Notes under the pieces: model-generated
Database searches by the model: none
Seen by the model: the letters and a program-made list of their open reading frames with translations, nothing else
Told to the model about the DNA's origin: nothing
Shown here: positions 16,501-26,199 of the stretch, one piece after another
How positions within the stretch are numbered: position 1 is the first letter of the stretch
Layout: the number at the start of each line of letters is the position of its first letter
Source of the DNA: Craspedostauros australis
Taxonomy: Eukaryota
DNA length: 41,952 nt
Reading direction: 5' to 3'
Assembly (NCBI GenBank): GCA_030167865.1
Contig: JALAGF010005177.1
Span: forward strand, 1 to 41,952
Translations under genes and position numbers: made by a program

Positions 16501-18530
16501 TGACAGCAGCACAAGAATTGGAGCAGGAAGGTATCCACGAGTTCTGCCGCACGGTGCGGATCCGCCCTCATGAGTCTGCGCAACGAATGCTGCGTGCACT
16601 GCGTACCGTGTGAGGCGCTGATGTGTCCCAAATGCTGCTCGTCAAATCTGGCATGGAAGTACCTGGCGCAGTACTGCAGGCACTGAAGTGGCGACCAGTC
16701 GACGAGGAATGTTTCGTTGGGCGGGCATGGTCGAAACTCACGGCAGTCCTGCGTGTGGACGTTCTTGGGGTTGATCGCCACGAGTTCACCTGCAGCGATG
16801 CGGGATGCAAGGATCGCCACCGTGTCGTGCTTCTTTGGCGACGCGGGCTTGGTGGGTCTTGACTTGCCGAAGAATGAATGGAATCGGACCTCGACTCCAT
16901 CGTGAGACGCTGCGACACTGGGACGTCCCCGCCGGTTGGTCGCTGCCCTTCCCGTCACGCTGGCATTGGCTGACTTCTTGGGACTGGTCTTCTTGTCCTG
17001 CTGCCGTTCGAAGTGACCGGAGCGTGCCTCGGGAGGAGGCAAGCACAACTGCAAGCGGATAGGATTGGCGGTGTCGCCACGTGCATTGCGCAGCTCCGTG
17101 GCGCATACCACATGATCGAGGTTGTCCTTGAAGAAGGTCTTCCCGTTGATGGCAGCAACCAAGGATCCTCGTTGCACCCCAGCCGCTGAGCTGCTGCCCT
17201 GAGATCGTTTGATGAGAGCGAATGCTCCGCACGGTGCCCACTCAATGCCATACGGTGGATGGCAAAGGAAGGTGACCTTGTGCATGTTGCCTTGGCGGAT
17301 GAAGGTCATGCAGATCGGCTTTTGGATGACCGTGGCCGACTTCTTGTCGTCGCTGGTGGAGGCGAAGATGCCCTCGTACTGCCAGAGGCGTTCCAGAGCC
17401 TGACGTGAAGACTCCGCCAGCAGGGACATGCCGTTGATGCTGACAAGGACACTGTCGATCTGCACTCCCGCGCACCATGCCTCCGAGTTGGGCACGACGC
17501 CTCTGACGTATACTCCGAGTGAAAGCCTCGACAGCGTGATCCCCAGCTTGTCTGATCCATTCTGCACCGGAGGCACCGTCACGCCGTAGCTCTTGTATGT
17601 TGATATCCTTGCCAACCCGATCCCACGTTCCACTGAATCAGGTCGCTGCTGCGCTGGTGCCGGTGTTGATGGTGATGCTGGCGCTATCGATCGCTGCGAT
17701 TGCTGCCGAGGTGTGTACGGTTGCGATGATTGTTCATCATTTGCATGGTGCAGATGGGTGGAGCTGGCAGTGCCGTCACTGCCATAGTTTCCACTGTCGC
17801 TTGCATCATCAATTCCATCATACACGCTGGACACAGCGTCGCTGGTGTTGGTACCAGTACCAGTACCAGTACCAGTACGAGTACCAGTACCAGTACCAGT
17901 AGCAATACTAGCGGCAGCATCAGTTGCAGGATACCCACGGACGTTGTCAAGGCGTGCCTCGCAAGGACCGTTCGGATAGTTTGGACCAAAGACCGCCGCG
18001 ATCCACTCTCGTTTCACATGTTCTCGGAACGCTGTTTGTTCATCGACATCTATCCTGCCACTTTCATTGCCAGTGTTGACATTGTTGACATTGTCGACAT
18101 CGCTATCGCTGAGACGGTTTGCAAGATGCTGTGGTGATGTGACGAGTGAGTGTTGCGTGAAGAAGTTGGAGCTGTTGGTGCTGGCATCGCCGAAGTCGCT
18201 GAGGTTGCTCGGATTGGTTGCAATGGTGACAGTCTCTTCTGCTGTCATCTCCGTGAAATGGCCGGAGTCTGCCCTGGAGGCAAAGTCGTCGTCCTTGAGT
18301 TGCTTTCCTTCGTTGTTGTTGGTGGTGTTGGCGTCGTAGTTCTCCGTGTGTTCCTCGTCGAAGGATCCCTGCTGATAGACGCAGCGGATGGCGTGCTTGA
18401 CGGGCGGAGTCTCGAGGATGCGATCGGTGGAATCGACCAGCACCCTTTCTCTCCAAGTCAAGTCCTCCCGCGGTTTCTTCTTGAGATGCCTCGACGAGTA
18501 GTACGTGATTGCTGCTGCCGTGAGTAACAT
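13563..18530 (-). CDS. Phosphatidylinositol 3-kinase-family (Vps34-like catalytic domain) protein with two N-terminal PDZ-like domains, 1655 aa
   Basis: Kinase motifs [55 protein letters not shown]. PDZ-like [39 protein letters not shown] and a second ...[15 protein letters not shown]. Confidence 0.88.
   Translation of the reverse strand: [1655 protein letters not shown]
17851..17900. repeat. Coding hexamer repeat (GTACCA)n encoding a Thr-Gly dipeptide run in the kinase N-terminus
   Basis: Visible 6-nt period; translates as [17 protein letters not shown] on the minus strand. Confidence 0.9.
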
Positions 18531-18638
18531 GCAAGGCTTGCCTCGATCGAATCAGCTGCTTCCGCTGTTCTTCACGTTTGTCGAATCTCGCAGCTGTGAT
18601 TTGCGACAATCTCAATGGAGTATTTCAATGGACTGTTG

Positions 18639-18674
18639 AATGGTGTATCGATTGGTGTATCGAATGGTGTATCG
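18639..18674. repeat. 12-bp tandem repeat (AWTGGTGTATCG)x3, ~110 nt upstream of the kinase ATG
   Basis: Units at 18639, 18651 and 18663. Confidence 0.85.
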
Positions 18675-20598
18675 AGCAAGTCTCTCACACTCCAATGCGC
18701 CAGTGCTGTGATGCTCCAATACCGATGTCAGCGTCGTGCTCTCTTGTGCGAGTAGTCGGATGCCCTCTTCTCCTCTCATCCAGCAATCAGCTCTGGCTTC
18801 AATGTTGATGCTACTGTTGTTGACGATACTGTCCGCGGTTCCAAATGTTCGATGGTCGATTCCTCAACCAGATGGTGTTGTTGCTGATCATCCACGAAGG
18901 GAGCCAAAGGCGAAGACGTCCACGCTGATCTTGAGATTGGTAGAGTGCGAGTGTGGAAGCCTGGGAGCGTGCCTTTGTGATGTGCACAAGTGTGCTTTGC
19001 TCTGTCCGAGTACCGTCTGTTGTTCATGTGTCACGCTGTGACTTGTTGCTCTCTACCACGAGTACTACCTATGCTCCTGTGCACTTGCTCACTTGCACCG
19101 TCTCTGGTTCTGCAGAAATTTCGGTTGTTGCGTTTGTTGTCCTTTTCGTGATTCTTCTGTTTGCCGCCCGTGATTTTTGCCGTTGCCGTTTGTCGTTGTT
19201 GTCACGGCTGGCTCTCCACACAAGACAGCACAACCGAAATCAGACCACCGGCAAGTTCCAAAAACCTGGTGTAACCGTCATGTAACGTCTTTCAACAGCG
19301 CGAGACAAGAATGAACCATGTGGGATGGTATCTCGCCACAAACTTGTGCTCCTCATCCCAACCGAGTTCACAAAATGTGTCGTCTTTGAATCGTGCTCCC
19401 GCAGAAAACAATGCGCTATTGACGATGCACAGTGATTTGCAGAACACCCTCAGCGTGCTCACCACACTGTTGACTCAAAGAATCGTCTTCCGAGAAAAGT
19501 GATGACAAAGACAACATGTGGAGTATAGTTGCACTCTCTGTTGTTGGAGTCGTTACAACTCTACTCTCGAATACTATGTAGTCGTGTAGTACTCATGGAC
19601 GACATCATATCATCATTTGCTTCCCTTCTTGGCACATCCGATTTGGTCGTCGCTGCGAGATAAACTTCACTTCGATTGCATGTGCCTGCCATGCCCATAC
19701 CGATTGACACAAGAATGAATACGAGTGCTATTGGGGGAGTTCGCGGACAACCACACCAACATGCCGATTTCCTTCTTCGTGATTGCATCTTGGAGGATGG
19801 GTCTTGATAGCATCTTGTCCAGTTCGCCCCGCTCCGATGAGCCCGCCAAATTCGGCTCGTCACAAAACTGGACAGAACAACAGACGTCCGACAACTGTCA
19901 CACAACACAACGGTTCCCACGGAAGAACAGTGTCCGAATCTTCAGAAACAGCGCAGATTGTGATTGTTCGTCAATATGTCCGTTTGATTTGAGTCCTGCG
20001 AAATAAGTGCCATCACACGATTCAGCCTGTCAACATTCCCACCGAAACGGTTAAATTTTCGTCGATTTGCACAAGACGACACGACACAAAACATCATTGT
20101 CAGGATGCGCGGCGACACGTTCGCCATCACCATCATTGGTATTCGTGTTGTTGCAGGTGTTGGTGCCGTCGGAGAGAGTGATCGCAATCTTGTGACAGAA
20201 CGCAAGGAAACCAATGCGGCAGATGATCGGACGGAAGCCTTCTTGATGAATCCAACGGTAAGAACATCGACACCATCCACAACACCAACAACACCAACAG
20301 CGCCGCAACCATCATTCACAAACATCGAGTTACCCCAACACGTGCATCAGCATCATCCACTATCCGCACACATCCACATCTGCATCCACATCAACGAAGT
20401 GGGGCATCAGAATACTCGCAGTACCTCCGTGCATAGTAGTAGACTACTCGAAACGAGAACACAAATAGAGCCGTTGAGCTTCTCTGGTTGCTCTGCAGTA
20501 CCCCAACTCCACCACACCATCTCATCCCATCTCATCCTCGTACTAGACAACCCAGCACAACGCAGCGCAACAAGACTTCGACCACACACTTTACCACC

Positions 20599-22654
20599 AT
20601 GGCGTTCAAGTTCCTGAAGAAGTCAAAGAAGAACAAGTCCTCTACGGCGGTGACCACAACCAAAGGTGGCAACTCGGACCTGAAGAAGAAACAGCAAAAG
20701 CAGACGCAGAAGCCGAAATCGAATGGGAAAAGGAAGGTGGTTGCTGGACAACAAAGCCAGGGAAGGGTTGGAAAGGACGGCGTCAATCACAGCGCAACGG
20801 CCACAGCCACAGCCACAGCAGAAGCCTCCACATCGATCACAACTGCAAACGCACCCGCATCGCCAGCCCTCGTCAACCTGAACGATGTCACTGTCGTATC
20901 ATCTCACACGGATGGAGGAGTACAGGAAGAGTCGGATCTGGGTTTGGAAGTGGTGCTTGGCCACATCGGTCAGCTGCAAGTCGAAGTGCCCACAAATGAT
21001 CCTGTCGACCCCGATCTCGTCACGCCGGTCGCTGCGGCCGGAAGCTACGCATTCGGTGCCAAGAAGGCCGCAGCATTGGTCAACACCGGCGCGACCGCGG
21101 CCATGACGCCGGACTCGGATCAGTCTCCAGATCAATACGAGTATGAGCAGCAGCAGCAGCATCGTCGTGATGCAGAAAGGGACCGCGAGGACTTTGACGA
21201 TGACGGATACGATGATGAGTACGATGACTACGACGACGATTACGATGATGAGTACGGCTACGATGACTACAATGGCATGGAGGATGCGCTGTCTCCGCAG
21301 GCACGCGATGATCTCACCCACGGCCGGGCCCTTGGATCCACCGTCAACACCACATCGCCACCGAGCGCAGGCACGGCGAATTCGCAAACGCCCTTCGATG
21401 AAAGAGCGGACAAGATGAGAGCAGCCGCAGGCGTCTCGCCACCGGAATTGAAGGCGGAGGCATACGGCGATGTCCTCACGCCAACAATACGAAACAGCGA
21501 GGAACGCGTCGATACGGATGCTGTGAGCGTCAACATCAACGTCAACACGTACACCCATTCGAAGGCCATCGACAGAGCCAGTCCGGAACAAGTGTCCAAG
21601 CGCTTGCTGGATGCCTTTGCATGTCAGACAGACAGCACCTGCGGTGGCGATGATGGCTTCGTCGCCCAACGTGTGCTCCCGATACTGCCCCAAGCGTGCA
21701 TCCCGGAGCATTTCCAACAACAGATTTACGACAATGACGTCTTGGAAGATGTCGAGCCTGATGACGACGCTCGCATCTTTTCCAACCAGTTCGCTGGCAA
21801 ATTCTTGGATGTAAGTGCCATGAACAGGGGGCATCAGAGTACGATGCAGTCGATGCCGCAATACGTATATCAGCAATGCTCGCACAAACGAGCACGATAG
21901 CATGCTGCATGAAAGAAGTTGATACATGCACTGCGTTGGCCATCTTTTGCAATCTCGCAACTGGATACAACTGGACGCCTTTGCACCATCCATCCCCTGT
22001 CGTAACTCCACTCACCCACCCTTTTCACTTGCCCTGCTGCCGTTCAAATCACATTTCTACACCATGATACCATCACGCAATACTCACTTACTGCACGTTT
22101 CTTTTTTCGAATCCCAGGAGCTTCTGAACGTTGGAACCCCTCTCATCTACCACCATCAACAAGAGGAAGCTGACGCAAGTTGGGTGGGACGGAGTGTCAC
22201 GCTCGTCCTGCGCCCAGGTGTGGTCACGGCGTTGCACGTCGAGCAGCCTTGCTTCGAATGGACCAGCATGGGCGCTGGCAGATCCGGCGAAATCCTCACC
22301 AAGTCCGTCAACCTCATGGACATCCACACTGCCACAAGTGCCACGGAGAATCCCGAATCGGAAGAGGCATTCAGTGATGGCAACGGCATAGACGGAGACG
22401 AGCCGCTCTGCTTCAGCACTGTCACAGCGAAGGACGGCGATGTGCATCTGTTCGAATCGATCACGCCAGAACAAAGCGAACGATTGGTGCATGGAATCAA
22501 GAATTTGACTGCGCGATATGCTCGGCTGATTGCGGCCGGGGATCCGCAGGTTCTGTCCGATTTCTACAACAACAACACGGTGGAATCTGCAGGCAGCAAA
22601 CTTACACCAGAGCTCGCTCTGCTGCGTGTCTGTCATGCATTCATGGATCATTAG
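20599..22654 (+). CDS. Hypothetical protein (~582 aa): Lys-rich N-terminus, acidic Asp/Tyr tract, C-terminal PH-like domain; exons 20599-21810 and 22118-22654
   Basis: ATG in ACCACCATGG context. GTAAGT donor at 21811 and pyrimidine-tract CCCAG acceptor at 22117 join FLD|ELLNVG in phase 0. The C-terminus has the beta-sandwich + helix pattern (SVNLMDI...CFSTVTAKDGDVHLFES...ERLVHGIKNL). Confidence 0.8.
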
Positions 22655-22938
22655 AGAATCATGAATGCCATATTGTACCATCCACAACAGGCCACGTACA
22701 TTGGCCAATGCCAACGCGGGCGATATTCGTGATCGCATGCAAACAAGTACGCGTATTGGTAATGCGGTGTCTCCGATTGCATTTGACGGAAGGAAAAATG
22801 AGGCACAAGCAGCGGAAGACAGGACTTTCCGACCCTTCCTCTCCCCCTTCAATTCCAAACCCAATTTCATAGCTGTTCATTGTGAACTTGTAATAACTCG
22901 TAATCCAACACAACGTAACCAATGTCTTCAGCACTCTG

Positions 22939-22964
22939 GAGAGAGAGAGAGAGAGAGAGAGAGA
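22939..22964. repeat. (GA)n microsatellite
   Basis: Directly visible. Confidence 0.95.
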
Positions 22965-23424
22965 AAGAAACTACGTTGATCTTGTTCATGAACCAGTTTC
23001 GCTCACAAGTAGCTCGTAGACTTTTCTTCATCTGTTGGAGCATCATGAATATCGTCCGTCCTCCTGCAGAAAAACCACCGAATACAAGTCTGCCATTCGT
23101 CAGGAAAGCAGGTGTCACCACACAAACGCACTTTGATGGGGCGTCTGTCATGCGACCGAGACGTTCGTCCATCAGCCAGACCCGCAACGCACGCAAACGA
23201 AGAAAACGCAAAGAACGAGAAACCAGTCGTTGACACGGACATCGTGGGGAACAACTCCACCACCACCAACAATCATGGCAGCTGCAACAACAAAGAGACA
23301 TCACCTTGTTCTGGACAAAGAGCAGAAAGCGCGTTGCCGTGTTGCATCTCATTTCCATTCTGTTCCCGCTGAACTGCATTGAATTGAATTGGACAGACAT
23401 TAATCCAATCCAATCCAAGCCACG

Positions 23425-23460
23425 CCAACCAACCAACCAACCAACCAACCAACCAACCAA
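23425..23460. repeat. (CCAA)9 microsatellite in the putative 5' UTR of the next gene
   Basis: Directly visible, ending 36 nt before the ATG at 23497. Confidence 0.95.
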
Positions 23461-23496
23461 CTGATACAATCGCCCATCAATAGTCGTCGAACAACA

Positions 23497-25949
23497 ATGA
23501 AGCTCCAATTCAACCAACTGACGTTCCTGGCCCTTGCGGCGGCTGCTGGTGCTGGCACCAACAATGGCGTCTCTGCGTTCATGATCCAGCAAAAGCATCT
23601 GCAGAGAACGCATGTGAGCCCGGCGTCCATCCAGACAGAGCTCCGCGTGGGTGGCAACGGCGGCGCGGATGAATTCCAAGAAGGCGATGCGGATTGGGGC
23701 GATCACCTCAAGTCGCAGATGCAGCAGCGCGGCGGCTCCGACAATGGCGAGGACAGCCAAGGCGGATCGCGCTTGAAGGCGATGATGGCGGCCAGCCAGG
23801 AGCAGGAATCCAACCTGCCATCGGGCGGCATCGACAATCCCTTCCTCAATCCACCAGCTGCCGCGGGTGGAGATATCGACAACATGTCGGCCGATCAGCT
23901 GCGCGAGTTGCTGCGCAATGGCGGTGGGACACCTGCCCCGCGTCCGCAGCCAACGCAACGCGAGAGTCCACGGCCTGCTGGACGCAACCGCGATGCCGAC
24001 TCCATTTCCAACACGTCCGATCTCTACTTCGCCCAGCTCAAGCGAGACTCGACGGTTCGCACGCTCGCACGGCGCAGCGGTCAAGACGAGGTTGCCAATG
24101 CCGTCATGGAAGATGAGGGCATCGAGCAGCTCGAGGATCTGCTCGTCTCGAATCCGTATCTCGCGGAGTGAGTACGCTACTTCATTGCATCATGTTGCGA
24201 CAGAATCTGCTTCGTTGTGGTGATGCGCATTTGCATCACAACATCTCGACGATATTGTTTTGCTATACCAATCGTGTTGATTTGAATGAATGATTTCACT
24301 GCGTTCATACCACCAATGCGATTCAGTCTTCTGCATTGGGGTTTGGACTTCTTCGCATGGAACAACAGGACACCACGAACAACACGAGCACTCTGTGGGG
24401 GATTCCAAACTACCATGTTCGTGCTGGGTTACACTTGCTGTACTCTCTCCCTTTCATCACTTCAATCAAGTACATGACTGTACACAATCTCACACCATGC
24501 TACATCATGACTCAATTTTCATGGTCACTGCAACGGCGCCTTCCCCAATTGGTTCTGCGCAACTTCCATGTTACGCAACCGCCCGCTCATTCATTCATTC
24601 ATTCACTCACCTATCGACCTATCTTTCGTGCGTGTGTGGATGACAGCACCCGCAAAAAGGAAAAGGATTTGTTTGGAACTGTGCCAGAGGAAGCCCTGGC
24701 TCCTTACTTCACAGACGCCAATCGGGATAAGGAGAACACGAGTGCGGGAGTTAGCTACAAGGAGAAGCTGCAGCAGAGACTGCAGAAGGGCGGCGTACAA
24801 CCTGCAACACCGGCGGCGCCACAAGCACAGGTGCCGCCACAGACTCAACCGGAGCCAATCAGCGAACCGGTGCAGGCCGCACCAGTGCAACCACCATCAT
24901 CGCCACCACCTATGCCGGAACCGGTCGTCGCAGAACCTGTTCCTATCCCGTCTCCACCAGCACCAGTAACCGTTGCGCCATCTATCGATAGCACGCCACT
25001 CACCGCCACATCTTCTCCTGAAGAGGCAAGATCAAAGGTCAGAACGTTGATGGGATTGACATTGAAACATCGCGGGGGTACCGGATTTGGATCGGGTCGT
25101 TTGAAGGGACAGGAGATTGAAACGTACGAAGAAATTCTTAACCAGGTCACTGAGATGTTAAAGCAAGAGGCCACTTCCAATCCGCAGACGACGGCAGCAG
25201 CAGTGACGGCGCCGGCCAATGTGGCTGCGCCAGTATCTGTGCCAGCTGCCACGGGAAGCCCAGGACAAGTGGACGGTGCAATCGCATGCATTGAGGGCGC
25301 TGTCACCATGTACAAGAACAGCCCGCCTGAAATCCAGAGCACTGTCCTTGTTTCGCTTCAGGCTGCACTGAAGTCCGCCATCGGCACCATGAACTCCGTG
25401 CTGGGAGACGTCCCCCCAGCAAGCACGGGTCTTGGCGATGTCAACAGCGCCATTGCATGCATCGAGGGTGCCACCACGATGTACAAGAACAGCCCACCTG
25501 AAATCCAAGGCACCGTGCTCATCTCCCTTCGCGCCGCCTTGGCATCCGCGATTGCGACCATGGACACCGCCATGGGTCAGCCTGCTGCCCCTGTCGCTGT
25601 TGCTCCACCAGCTCCTGTGGCTGCCGCGCCAACACCGCAAGTCGCCAGCAACGAAGCATTCGGAGACGATGAAAACACCATCATGCTCCAGGAAATCTAC
25701 GACAAGGTCAAGGGCGTTGCGGGCGACGGGAAGATGGGTGTCCGGGATGATCTCGGTGCGTCTCAGCTCGCGGATGCTGTCGACAGCGTCAAGAGTATGC
25801 GTAGCATTATCATGGAAGAGCTGGATGATGGCATTCCAGCCGCACCGGCGGTCGCGGTCGACGTCAGCACTCCCGAAGCAGCCGAAGGATCCACAGCTTC
25901 CAAGTATCAGCAGATGTTGGCACAAGCACGCGCAGCAAGGGGCGAGTAG
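23497..25949 (+). CDS. Plastid-targeted Pro/Ala-rich protein of unknown function with an internal duplicated module (~657 aa); exons 23497-24167 and 24647-25949
   Basis: Signal peptide then VSA-F motif. GTGAGT donor at 24168 and GACAG acceptor at 24646 give GA|C = Asp in frame (NPYLA-D-TRKKEKD). Duplicated AIACIEGAxTMYKNSPPEIQ module. Confidence 0.82.
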
Positions 25950-26199
25950 AGTTATCCGTCGAACAAATGATTCTAATAAACAGCAAAGTCTCCCACATGA
26001 ACTCACTCTCTCAAGACAGGCGGGCGTCGTGCATGAGTATGGCGCCATGCGAAGTCGTACAGGTTCACCACCACGCACAGGTATGAGTAAATACCAACTT
26101 CAAAGCCTATTTTCATTAGTGTTGTTCTTCCAAATCTCTCAGATTCTCTACCATGCGCGACGACCACGCGAAAAATCAAGATCAGCATAACAATCAACA

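Noticed and set aside
19311..20617. Intergenic ORFs including 20105-20617 (170 aa)
   Set aside because: Low-complexity, CA-rich leader-like sequence with no domain signal. It could be a uORF, but nothing supports that.
24336..24646. In-frame 5' extension of the 537-aa ORF
   Set aside because: It lies inside the GTGAGT...CAG intron and includes TCAT microrepeats; the spliced model supplies the targeting peptide.
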